Source: a virus. From it: 64,000 nucleotides of DNA. The DNA lies in IMG/VR virus record IMGVR_UViG_3300043788_000023, positions 96,001 to 160,000 of that record; one strand, 5' to 3'. The number at the start of each line of letters is the position of its first letter. Position 1 is the stretch's first letter. Below are positions 45,055-53,605 of this stretch, piece by piece. Below the pieces are notes generated by a model that worked only from the letters and a program-made list of their open reading frames with translations, was not told where the DNA came from and made no database searches. Position numbers and translations under genes: made by a program.

Positions 45055-45314
45055 GGCTCAGGGGATTTTCCGGCGCTCATCCTCAGCATTGTTCCCGACG
45101 CCAAGGTTTGCCTATTCTTCTTTCGGCGCAATCGCACCGCTGTCCCCGAGTTGAAGAACGTCCAAGCAGCGGGGGTCAATTCCCCCTTCAAGACAAGCGC
45201 AGGTGAGTTTTACGTCACCTCTCCCCGCAAGCCCTGTCACACTTGGCAAAGTCTAGTCTCCCGTAGGTTTACTTTCGGAACCGATGACGTCTGCTGCCCA
45301 CGGACACTGGAGCC
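45055..45314 (-). ncRNA. Candidate ~260-nt structured ncRNA
   Basis: No credible ORF; TG-G-TATCAT -10 just upstream; GGCUC/GAGCC closing stem; several hairpins. Confidence 0.4.
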
Positions 45315-45332
45315 TTCTGTATGATACCACCA

Positions 45333-45361
45333 GAAACAAAAAAGCCCAGCCGAAGCTGGGC
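45333..45361 (-). terminator. tmRNA terminator
   Basis: GCCCAGC-UUCG-GCUGGGC plus UUUUUUGUUU. Confidence 0.85.
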
Positions 45362-45652
45362 GAATTTTGTGGTGTTGAGGATCAGAGACACCGTCTCTGG
45401 GCACGCAGGTTTTTAAGCTGCGGCTGCCATTGCCATTGCCTTTGGAGCAGTGACGTTTAGTTGTTTCCATCCTGATTTTCGAGGGTATGGTACCTCGGGT
45501 CGCTAGCTCCGTCCTCGCACGTCTTCCGTCGAAACCGATTACCCCCGCAGTGGTGGAGGTAGAGGGAATTGAACCCTCGTCCGAAAAGACTGTCTGGTGC
45601 CTTTTACCCCCACACTTACCCTTCGGCAGTCTACAGGGGCTTACGACCATCT
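45362..45652 (-). ncRNA. ssrA: Circularly permuted (two-piece) tmRNA; tag (A)VTAPKAMAMAAAA*
   Basis: T-arm + UACCUCC-A-CCA (ending 45551) precedes GGGGGUA...GGUUUCGAC (starting 45546); G3:U70; tag ORF 45454-45413. Confidence 0.88.
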
Positions 45653-45658
45653 AACCTA

Positions 45659-45687
45659 AGAATACCGTAGTTCTGGTACTTTGTCAA
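45659..45687 (-). promoter_or_regulatory. tmRNA promoter
   Basis: TTGACA-N17-TATTCT. Confidence 0.75.
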
Positions 45688-45689
45688 GT

Positions 45690-46511
45690 TCAGCGTCCAC
45701 GCATGATACGGCGGTATGCGCTCTGGGACTTGCGGTCTTCCTTAATCATTTCCCGAACTTCCTCGTAGGCGTCATCTGCCTCCCTGAAGTTCCCTTCATC
45801 AAACCTCTTCAGTTCGGCGTCAAGGTCAAGACCAAGTTCGTCTATCCACGCCAGCAGTTTCTTGCGGCGGTAGGTCTTCATCCTCTTGACCTCAGCGTCC
45901 GTCATCCCCGGTGAGGGTGCGGGCTTGTCCACGTACTTCAGGTCGTCCGGCAGGTACAGCGCTGTCACTGGTCTCTTCCAGTCGTAAGCGGGTTCCCAAG
46001 TCGGGTCTTTTTCTTTTTCACGGCGGGGTCGTTCAGACGGTTCAAAGAAGATGTCTGGTAGGTCGTCGTCAGTGATTTCAGGACGTGGCTTTTCTTCTGC
46101 CGCGGTCTTGGCCCCTTCCAGAAGTTCAATCTCGTTCTCAAGCTCAACCCTACGGAGGTCGGGGTTCTGCCATTCGTTCAGGTATTCTTCGTCCTGCACC
46201 AGTGCGAACGCAATCTGACGTGCTCGGTCACGATATATCTTTGAAACGTTGGAGCCGTGCGTGACGAGGAACACGACGATTCCGAGGTAGCGATCCGGGT
46301 CGTCTCCTCCACTCATTGCGTCAAGCTCTTTGATGAGCACAGGAAGCTGCTTGTCAGATATAGGCTCGTCGAAGCCTTTTCCCCGTGGGTCTTGCGGGCG
46401 GTGCTTGTCTAGGATGTCATGGACGCTGTCGCTGTCGTAGGACTTGTCGCCCCACTGTCCGGCAAACTTACCTTGGCTCCCACGCCGAGTCCTGCTCAAC
46501 GCTGGCGACAT
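45690..46511 (-). CDS. Acidic hypothetical protein (possibly a +1 frameshift continuation of 46468..47160)
   Basis: Coding-like from GKFAGQWGDKSYDSD onward; start uncertain. Confidence 0.55.
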   Translation of the reverse strand: MSPALSRTRRGSQGKFAGQWGDKSYDSDSVHDILDKHRPQDPRGKGFDEPISDKQLPVLIKELDAMSGGDDPDRYLGIVVFLVTHGSNVSKIYRDRARQIAFALVQDEEYLNEWQNPDLRRVELENEIELLEGAKTAAEEKPRPEITDDDLPDIFFEPSERPRREKEKDPTWEPAYDWKRPVTALYLPDDLKYVDKPAPSPGMTDAEVKRMKTYRRKKLLAWIDELGLDLDAELKRFDEGNFREADDAYEEVREMIKEDRKSQSAYRRIMRGR

Positions 46512-47160
46512 AGTTCGGGGAGTGCAGTTCCCGTTCGTTCTGCTGTGTCGGGTCGTGCGTCTCCGCCCACATTCCCCAGAGTCCCTTGTGCGACCTGATC
46601 TGCTCGGCATACTCCGCCTTGACGATTTCTTCGGCGACGTGCATCTCTGGCTCGGTCGGAAAGTTAAACATGGAAACTTCGTCGTCTTCGTAGTGCGTGA
46701 CTTCAAAGTCTTTCATTCCAGCTTTGGCGAGATGAAACGCTACAGTTCCGGCAGCCTTCATCGGGACGGCAAAGCTGAAACGTGGGGGTCTCCCGGCGAA
46801 CTTCTTTGCGGTGCGTTGGTGTCCTATGATACCCATACTCTTCAGGAAGTCCTCATCGGACTTCTTCTCGTCCTCGGGGCTGAGCGTTGGCGGTTCCTCT
46901 TCCTTCGGCTCTACGATAGTCTTAAGCGCTTCTGAATCTGTCCAGTGTGCGGAGCGGGAGCCGTCCTCGGTAATGACTTGGTAGAACGGTTCCTCTGTTT
47001 CACGGTCTACGTCAATCTTGACCTTGATGTCGCTGTAGGGGCTGCCCCACACCTCTTCCCCGGTGCCGGATGGGAAAAACCCGTTAGCGCCGAGGATTTC
47101 ACGCCAGTCGTCATCCGGGTACTTGCCCATATCTTCTGCTTTCTTTAGGAGATCGCTCAT
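46468..47160 (-). CDS. Acidic hypothetical protein (possibly virion-associated)
   Basis: 230 aa with GAGG RBS; K/R-x-A motifs. Confidence 0.6.
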   Translation of the reverse strand: MSDLLKKAEDMGKYPDDDWREILGANGFFPSGTGEEVWGSPYSDIKVKIDVDRETEEPFYQVITEDGSRSAHWTDSEALKTIVEPKEEEPPTLSPEDEKKSDEDFLKSMGIIGHQRTAKKFAGRPPRFSFAVPMKAAGTVAFHLAKAGMKDFEVTHYEDDEVSMFNFPTEPEMHVAEEIVKAEYAEQIRSHKGLWGMWAETHDPTQQNERELHSPNYVASVEQDSAWEPR

Positions 47161-47199
47161 CGGAGCCTCACAAAAGGAAGGGAAATTCCGGTTTTGGGG

Positions 47200-47436
47200 T
47201 CAGTTGGGGTTGGCAAACGTGCGTGGGGGGAGCTTGTCTTGATCGGTTGTCCGGTCAAGGATGTCAGCGTACTCACGGAGCAGATTCGCAAGCTCGTGAC
47301 CATTCTCAGTGAGATTGCCGATGCCGATGAACTCGGTCGGGTTGGCTTTCATCATGAAGCCTGCGTAGGCGTAGCCGAGTTTCGTAGCGAGTAGGGTGAA
47401 GTTCTGGTATGCGATCATCAGGTCTTCGGGCAGCAT
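47200..47436 (-). CDS. Hypothetical protein
   Basis: TGATG coupling. Confidence 0.5.
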   Translation of the reverse strand: MLPEDLMIAYQNFTLLATKLGYAYAGFMMKANPTEFIGIGNLTENGHELANLLREYADILDRTTDQDKLPPRTFANPN

Positions 47437-47819
47437 CAGCTTTCGCCTCCTATTTCTAAGTCGTCGTCAATGTAGTCCTCATCAGGATACATCTCGTGGA
47501 ATTCCTTGCGGAGCTTGTCGTAGAACTCGTCCGTCGCCTTCAAGCGTTCGGGCGTCATGGCGATGTTGCCGTGCCAGCCGTTGATTGAGTCCATCCCACG
47601 GTTCGCCTCGGCGGGGCAGGGCTGCTGAATCCAGCCGTGGTCTAGCTCAAACAGTTTGCCGTCCTTGTCAAAGGAGTGCCCGGTGAAGGCGATGCCCCAA
47701 GCCTTGCGTAGCTCCTGCCAGAGCGGGTGCTTGTTGCAGAATTCGCAGTTGTCCTCGGGTGCGTGGAGCACACGGGGATCGCAGTGGGGAAATTGTGTGA
47801 TGTGTTCGCGCCGTGCCAT
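47436..47819 (-). CDS. Hypothetical protein
   Basis: FPHCDPRVLHAP..CEFC motif. Confidence 0.6.
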   Translation of the reverse strand: MARREHITQFPHCDPRVLHAPEDNCEFCNKHPLWQELRKAWGIAFTGHSFDKDGKLFELDHGWIQQPCPAEANRGMDSINGWHGNIAMTPERLKATDEFYDKLRKEFHEMYPDEDYIDDDLEIGGES

Positions 47820-47837
47820 GTTTCTATAATACACCAC

Positions 47838-48416
47838 TCAGCAGGTTTGTGGGGGTGTTCCACCACCGGAACCAGGCGTAGAACCTCCGGGACCGGAGCC
47901 ACCGGGGTTATTAGCGGATGGTTGGAAGCCTTTGAAGCCCGGAGCGTCACGGATGACGTTAGGCCAATTCTTGAAGAGCGGGAACGTGAGCCAGTAGTTT
48001 CCTGCGAACTCAATCCAGTAGCCACGCAGCGGATCAAAGCCCGCATCAAGCATGGTCACATTACCCATTGCGACGGGAGGAGCCGGAGGGGAGACGTTCG
48101 CTCTGTTCGCCATCAGGTAGTACGCTGGCGTCGCCGCGAATGGCGGCTGGGAAAGCTGGGCAGCAGGGATTGAGGCTCCAAACCACGGCTTCATGAAAAG
48201 TCTGAAACCGTCTTGGCGTGATAGCTGCCCGATGTCGTAGGAGATCATAAACAGCGAGTCGCCGAAGAGAATGGTGGTCTGAACTTTCCCCCAGATTGTG
48301 GTAACGGACAACATGGCACGATAGCCATCTTCAAACGCAACATTCCCATAACCCGGAGGAGTGACTTGCTGGGGTTGGGGTCTGCTAAGCTGCAATGCGA
48401 ATATGTTTTCGCCCAT
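47838..48416 (-). CDS. Hypothetical protein
   Basis: 192-aa ORF in the late operon. Confidence 0.55.
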   Translation of the reverse strand: MGENIFALQLSRPQPQQVTPPGYGNVAFEDGYRAMLSVTTIWGKVQTTILFGDSLFMISYDIGQLSRQDGFRLFMKPWFGASIPAAQLSQPPFAATPAYYLMANRANVSPPAPPVAMGNVTMLDAGFDPLRGYWIEFAGNYWLTFPLFKNWPNVIRDAPGFKGFQPSANNPGGSGPGGSTPGSGGGTPPQTC

Positions 48417-48428
48417 TATGCCTTTTCG

Positions 48429-48692
48429 TTACCGCTTCATCGGACAGTTGTACTTGTGCGGGAAAGGTCTCTCGCCAAACTCAGCAGTGCGGCCGCACTT
48501 GTCGCATTTCAGAACCGACTTGCCGTCCACGTAGGTGTGCGTGAAAGTGAAGCCCATGTTGGCGTCCTGCTCTGCACGCCTGATCTCGGCTATCTCTTCC
48601 TCAGTGAACTCAAAGTCCTCGTCATCAAGGTCGTTTGGGTTGCCGTCCTCGTCGTACTGCTCGTCCATGTAATCGTCAAAGTCAATTGCCAT
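48429..48692 (-). CDS. Acidic Zn-ribbon protein
   Basis: CDKC...H...C. Confidence 0.5.
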   Translation of the reverse strand: MAIDFDDYMDEQYDEDGNPNDLDDEDFEFTEEEIAEIRRAEQDANMGFTFTHTYVDGKSVLKCDKCGRTAEFGERPFPHKYNCPMKR

Positions 48693-48693
48693 G

Positions 48694-48990
48694 TCAGACC
48701 CACCCCGTGCCGCCGCAATTCTCGCAGCCCTTGCCTTGGCACTCCTTGCAGTGCAACAGTGGTTCAAGCTCCGGGTGCTCCTTGGCGATCTGAGCGTCCT
48801 TCTTTGCCCGTGCCTCGTGGTACGCCTTCAGAAATTCCTGACCAGCGGGAGTCTTCCTGAAGCCTTCCTTGAAAGTGATCCAGAACGCCGTCCAAAACTT
48901 TTCAATCCAGTTGTCCCAGATTTTCTTAATGGGCCACACGGCGAAAGCACCGATGCCAGCCCAGACCCAATGTGACCAGTGCCCACTCAT
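48694..48990 (-). CDS. Membrane protein with a DnaJ-like Zn finger
   Basis: N-terminal TM; CKECQGKGCENCGGTG. Confidence 0.55.
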   Translation of the reverse strand: MSGHWSHWVWAGIGAFAVWPIKKIWDNWIEKFWTAFWITFKEGFRKTPAGQEFLKAYHEARAKKDAQIAKEHPELEPLLHCKECQGKGCENCGGTGWV

Positions 48991-48991
48991 A

Positions 48992-49660
48992 TTAGAAGCT
49001 CAACACCCACGAAAAGATGATGTCCACGCCAGCCGGGAGGATGAGCGGTGGGAGGGTCTTGTAGTTCACAAGCACAACGCTGTCCGCCGGACCCGGAGGT
49101 GTTGCAGCCGGGTTAAAATACGGGGCGTTCGTCATGTTCGTCGGTTGTCCGCCAGCGCCTACGAGTGTACCACCGCCGATCAATCCCATCTCACGAATGC
49201 TTTGGGTGATGTTGTCGGTCGTGGCGTTCACCGTGGTCTGGAAGTCTACCATCGTGCTGAACTGGTTCACCGGGTTGAAGTTCACGTCCACGTAGTTGAT
49301 GCGGGAAAGCGGCTTGCGCAGGAACTCGGAAATGAGCGCAGTCTGAACCGGGGAGGGGTCGGGCTGTGTCTCAGGTGCCCAGGAAGGGCTGCCAGCGCCT
49401 ATTGCAAGGCCCCAGACGCCGTACAGCGGGTCTGCTGACACGCCAGCCTCGCCGAGGGTGTAGGGGACGGCTGGGGCGTTCGGGAGGGCGTTTGCCATGA
49501 GGCGTGCGAATAGCCACCGTACGACGTTCACGATGATGTTGTGACCCGTCCAAAGCACCTCGCCATTGTCTGCCCGCATGACGCGGATGTTGATTTTGGC
49601 AGGGTACTGCTGGCGATCCAGCATGTCCGAACCAAGCTCTATTTTCCTGAATTCATTCAT
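48992..49660 (-). CDS. Baseplate/tail-fibre attachment protein
   Basis: HNIIVN...LAIGAG...L.SEFLRK...IREMGLIGG motif typical of myophage baseplate distal proteins. Confidence 0.6.
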   Translation of the reverse strand: MNEFRKIELGSDMLDRQQYPAKINIRVMRADNGEVLWTGHNIIVNVVRWLFARLMANALPNAPAVPYTLGEAGVSADPLYGVWGLAIGAGSPSWAPETQPDPSPVQTALISEFLRKPLSRINYVDVNFNPVNQFSTMVDFQTTVNATTDNITQSIREMGLIGGGTLVGAGGQPTNMTNAPYFNPAATPPGPADSVVLVNYKTLPPLILPAGVDIIFSWVLSF

Positions 49661-49672
49661 AAATTCACCCTC

Positions 49673-51139
49673 TTAAATAGCTCCCTTAGCCTCAATACCC
49701 GATTCTACAGGCTTTGTGTTCGTGAAGTCCTCATCTGTTATGGCTTTGACTCCGACTCGCTGCGCACGACCATCCCTTCTCAGGTGGTACACCGCCCATG
49801 AGCCGTCATCCCGCTTCACGCCGTACCGCTTGATGTTGTACTGCGGGATCACCAATGCACGCTTGCCGCCCAGAGTGCCCCAGTAGCCGACACGTTCAAT
49901 GATCATGAGGCCTTCAAAAATTTGTCGCCCGGACAGCTTATCTGCCGCAAGCCGCTTCTGGAGCTTGTCCAACGGTACGAGGTCGTCGTAGGTCTTGGTC
50001 GGCTTGAGATGCACCATCACTTGGCTGCCACCATACATTTCATGCTGACGCATGACTTGCTCGGGTTTAACTTCGTACGGGTTGGGCTTTTTCTGAACCT
50101 CCGGGGTTGGCTCCGGTTCGGCCGCTTCTTTGACTTCTTCCTTCGGAGCCTGCTTCACATCTTTCGGCTGTTCAAGCTGCTCCTGCGGGATCATCGTCCA
50201 GTTGGTGCGGTTCTTCGGCACGGGGAAGTTCAGTAAGCGCATCTTGCGGAACGTCGGGCGTCCGGGGAAAATCTGAGTGCGTCCGTCAGGGAACTTGACG
50301 ATGTAGTCCTGCGGTCCTTTGTACAGCGCCATATCGCCGCCAGCTACTCCTTCAGGCTGATACGTCATGCCTTCCACGGAGATTGCACGGGGGATACCGT
50401 TGAGCGGAGCGGCTTTCATTTCCTGCTCGTTCACGAAGCTCACGGGCGCAGTGAAATCCACGCTGCCCTTCTTGAGCATCTTGAGAAGCTGATTCTTGAA
50501 CGACTTTCCGGTTCCGATTGGAATCGTTCCAGTAGCCCGACCCATCTGGTCGTACACGATGACAAACATCGGTTTCGGCTGTTGCTTGAGCGAACGGTTA
50601 CGATACTGGCGTATCACACGTGCGCTGTCGCTGGGCTTGATCTTCTGCTTCGGCGAGTAGGTGAGTTCAATGTGGCGAATCTTCGGCTCACGCTTGAGCT
50701 TCTTCCCCGAACCTGTCACGACATGCTTCTGCGTGGCGTTGATGAAGTCCATTGGGATGTCAAACGTGCCCTCGTAAATCTGCACGGTCGGGTCTTGCCC
50801 AGCTATGTCTTGATCTTTCGCCGTGTCAGCCTCGGTGCTCATGCTCTTGAACGTGGAGAGCACAGTCTGGTACATCTTGACAATGACTGGCTCCTCGTAC
50901 TCCTGCGCGATCATGAACGAAGCAACCTCGTCAAGCAACACGTTGACCGCCTCGGCGATGAGTTCCGACATGGCACGAGGCTCGCCCTCGGCGAGTGGGA
51001 AGTTCATGGAAAACACGGTAAAGTTGGGAATTCCGAGATCAAGTGCAATAGTCACACGGGGGTTCGCATCGCGGATGATAGCGAGTTCCAGCACTCCGTG
51101 CGGGGGTGAGACGTACGCGGTTTTGTCAGTCTTTTCCAT
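49673..51139 (-). CDS. Hypothetical (virion-associated) protein
   Basis: 488-aa ORF within the baseplate operon. Confidence 0.6.
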   Translation of the reverse strand: MEKTDKTAYVSPPHGVLELAIIRDANPRVTIALDLGIPNFTVFSMNFPLAEGEPRAMSELIAEAVNVLLDEVASFMIAQEYEEPVIVKMYQTVLSTFKSMSTEADTAKDQDIAGQDPTVQIYEGTFDIPMDFINATQKHVVTGSGKKLKREPKIRHIELTYSPKQKIKPSDSARVIRQYRNRSLKQQPKPMFVIVYDQMGRATGTIPIGTGKSFKNQLLKMLKKGSVDFTAPVSFVNEQEMKAAPLNGIPRAISVEGMTYQPEGVAGGDMALYKGPQDYIVKFPDGRTQIFPGRPTFRKMRLLNFPVPKNRTNWTMIPQEQLEQPKDVKQAPKEEVKEAAEPEPTPEVQKKPNPYEVKPEQVMRQHEMYGGSQVMVHLKPTKTYDDLVPLDKLQKRLAADKLSGRQIFEGLMIIERVGYWGTLGGKRALVIPQYNIKRYGVKRDDGSWAVYHLRRDGRAQRVGVKAITDEDFTNTKPVESGIEAKGAI

Positions 51140-51142
51140 CTA

Positions 51143-53602
51143 TCAATACAACCCAAAGATATTTAGATCGTCGCCGCCCGAGATTTCCCAGACTTGGTCA
51201 AGGCGTGGAGCCACAAGACCGTACAGGTGGTTCGGGTCAACGTTTCCGACTTCTCCGGTCGGAGGCGGTGGAGTGTTTCCGGTTCCCATGTTCAAAATTT
51301 GCACCCAGCCATTCGGGGCGCTGAACGTATTCTTGCCAACGTTGCGCCAAATGACATTGCCGTCCGTGGTGTTGCCGTTGAGCGAGTCGTTCCAGCTTGG
51401 CTTGGGGTTCGCTTGGGACACGCCAGCGTTAAGCGCAAGCTGCTGGTTGCCGTTGGTGTCTACTATGATCTGTCCGAGGAACACCGTGCCAGCCGGAACC
51501 CAGCTTGATCCCACAGCTACGCTGGAGAGGTTGCTGTTGATCGGCGGATTTCCGAGGACGTAGTTTCCATTGACGAGGTAGTAGGCGGATTGAAGCGTCG
51601 GCGAAAGCATGCCAGCGTCAGCTTGAACGCTTGGCGATTGGAGCGCCACGGTAGCGGTGCTTGCGATCTGGAACGTGGACACTTCAGCAGTGCCGGAATC
51701 CAACGGGTTCTGGTAGTCCCCAGCGTTGAAGTTCGCCGTGAAGCTGGTGGGCGTCACCGAGAGCACGACCACGGTCTGCCCGTTCAGGAAAGCTTGGGCT
51801 GTGCCTTGCAGAGTCACAAGCATGCCGGGGAGAAAATTGTTCGCCGCTGTTACGGTGAGGACGTTCGTACTGATTTGGGTCGCCCGCACATTGGCAACGA
51901 GGTTGTACACATTGTGGATCGGGGCGGTGACGTTGAGCGCCGCCGCACTGAATCCGGTGACCGTGACGTACTCCCCCTCGTGGAGAAACTGAGTCGTCGG
52001 CACGTAGGAGTACGTGGCATTGATCCCGTCCGCCATGCCGTTGAGGAGGTTGACGAATACAGTCGGAAGCGCCTGCCATTGCGGCAGCGTAAGCTGGGCG
52101 GATAGCCTTCTCCCGTACGCCGCGACGGTTGTCTTCGGGTTCGCAGGGTTGAGAGGGATAGGCTTGCCTTGCCCGTCTTTCGCCACAGTGCCGTCTGCGT
52201 TGAGCTTGAAGTTGGCGAGGGGGGCGATCCACAGCATGGGACCGAATGGCGGTTGTTCAATCTGCTTCACGAAGATGCGCAGCGTGTCCGTCATGCCGTG
52301 CGGTACAGAGTCGCATGGCACACAACAGAAGTTCGTGTAAAGCTGTTGGTAGAGCGCACGCCATACCGAGTTAAGAGCGTTGAACTGGACAGTGGTGATG
52401 TTGGCGGGGAAGCCGAACGTCGCTGTTCCAGTGGCTTCCGCTTGCGTCAAGTAGTTTGGGTGCTTGAAGTTGGCTGTGAACGAGTTGCCGGACACGGAAG
52501 TCACCGTGAGGGGCACGTTGTTCAGGAACGTTGAAACATTCAGATTGATAAGCTTGACGACCGAACCAGCCGAAACAGGAACCGCAAAGCTGAGATTGAC
52601 TGTGAGAACGTCAAACGTCACAGAAGTGCTCTGCACTGCCGGAGAAATCCCGGTCCACGTCAACTGATTGTCGCCAGTTGTGGGTCCGACTAGGTTGCCT
52701 CCAACCAGTGTCGCACCAACAGTGCTCCACGTTGGTTGCGTGATGCCGCTGGTGTTCGGAAAAACGCCGATGCTGGTCGTAAGTTGAAAGTTGCCATTGG
52801 AGTCCCGCAACAGACTGCCCAGCGGAAACACCGTGGACGCCTTCCAGTACAGCGCCGGGCTGATCCCCGTAAATCCTGTGAACTGGTAGAACGGCTGCTC
52901 GTAGGTCGGAAGCTGCACAAACTGCGATTGCGTCACGTTCTGTGGGCTGAGGATGCACTGTAAATCTTCACCTTCGCCAAAGATCGTTGTGAACTCAAGC
53001 CCGACGTGCGCTGGCTTGGCGAGTGCGATTGCGTTGTAGAGGCTCTGGATGATGGTCTGAAGCTGGAGCAACGAGGTGACCGTCGTCAGAGGATTTGATC
53101 CCGATCCACCGACTTGCACAGCCACGCTGATCGCGTTGCGGTCGGACTGGTCAAAGACCCCGTTCCCGATTTCCTTGTAAAGCTCCACGACGTTGACGGA
53201 GATTCCCGTGTACGCAAGAATGACATCATGAATCGCTTGAACGGTCGTTCCCTCTTGGTACGCAGAGATAAGATCAACGAGCATCTGCTTGTACTGCGTG
53301 TCAAATTGCTGCGGCGAGGGCCAGTTGGATGCGATGTACAACGGCGCAGCCCAGCGGCGGCGAATGTCCGGGGGAGTCAGCAGGCTAGGGTCTTTGTTGA
53401 CGAGATCGTAGGAATAATCGTAATCAAGCTTTGAAAGCTCAATCGCCAGCGCCCTGAGGAAGTTCCCCCAGATACTCTGGTCGTTGCGTGTTGCGTAGAA
53501 GTCCGCAACTGCCTGAATCAAAGAGTTGAAGCGGGCGTCTTCGTACCGGAGAAGGTCTTCACGTGATCTGAGATAGAGCAGGTCGGGGTTGTTGTTCGCC
53601 AT
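51143..53602 (-). CDS. Baseplate wedge protein (gpI-like N-terminus) with CBM-like and beta-repeat modules
   Basis: Directly downstream of baseplate J; AKPAH motif; W..ST.F repeats. Confidence 0.65.
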   Translation of the reverse strand: MANNNPDLLYLRSREDLLRYEDARFNSLIQAVADFYATRNDQSIWGNFLRALAIELSKLDYDYSYDLVNKDPSLLTPPDIRRRWAAPLYIASNWPSPQQFDTQYKQMLVDLISAYQEGTTVQAIHDVILAYTGISVNVVELYKEIGNGVFDQSDRNAISVAVQVGGSGSNPLTTVTSLLQLQTIIQSLYNAIALAKPAHVGLEFTTIFGEGEDLQCILSPQNVTQSQFVQLPTYEQPFYQFTGFTGISPALYWKASTVFPLGSLLRDSNGNFQLTTSIGVFPNTSGITQPTWSTVGATLVGGNLVGPTTGDNQLTWTGISPAVQSTSVTFDVLTVNLSFAVPVSAGSVVKLINLNVSTFLNNVPLTVTSVSGNSFTANFKHPNYLTQAEATGTATFGFPANITTVQFNALNSVWRALYQQLYTNFCCVPCDSVPHGMTDTLRIFVKQIEQPPFGPMLWIAPLANFKLNADGTVAKDGQGKPIPLNPANPKTTVAAYGRRLSAQLTLPQWQALPTVFVNLLNGMADGINATYSYVPTTQFLHEGEYVTVTGFSAAALNVTAPIHNVYNLVANVRATQISTNVLTVTAANNFLPGMLVTLQGTAQAFLNGQTVVVLSVTPTSFTANFNAGDYQNPLDSGTAEVSTFQIASTATVALQSPSVQADAGMLSPTLQSAYYLVNGNYVLGNPPINSNLSSVAVGSSWVPAGTVFLGQIIVDTNGNQQLALNAGVSQANPKPSWNDSLNGNTTDGNVIWRNVGKNTFSAPNGWVQILNMGTGNTPPPPTGEVGNVDPNHLYGLVAPRLDQVWEISGGDDLNIFGLY

Positions 53603-53605
53603 AGG

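Noticed and set aside
45062-45090. Hammerhead ribozyme (CUGAGGA...GAAA)
   Set aside because: No stem II pairing between the motifs and no suitable stems I/III.
45100-45115. c-di-GMP-I riboswitch (GGCAAACC)
   Set aside because: The downstream GAAA tetraloop/GGGACGCAAA elements are absent.
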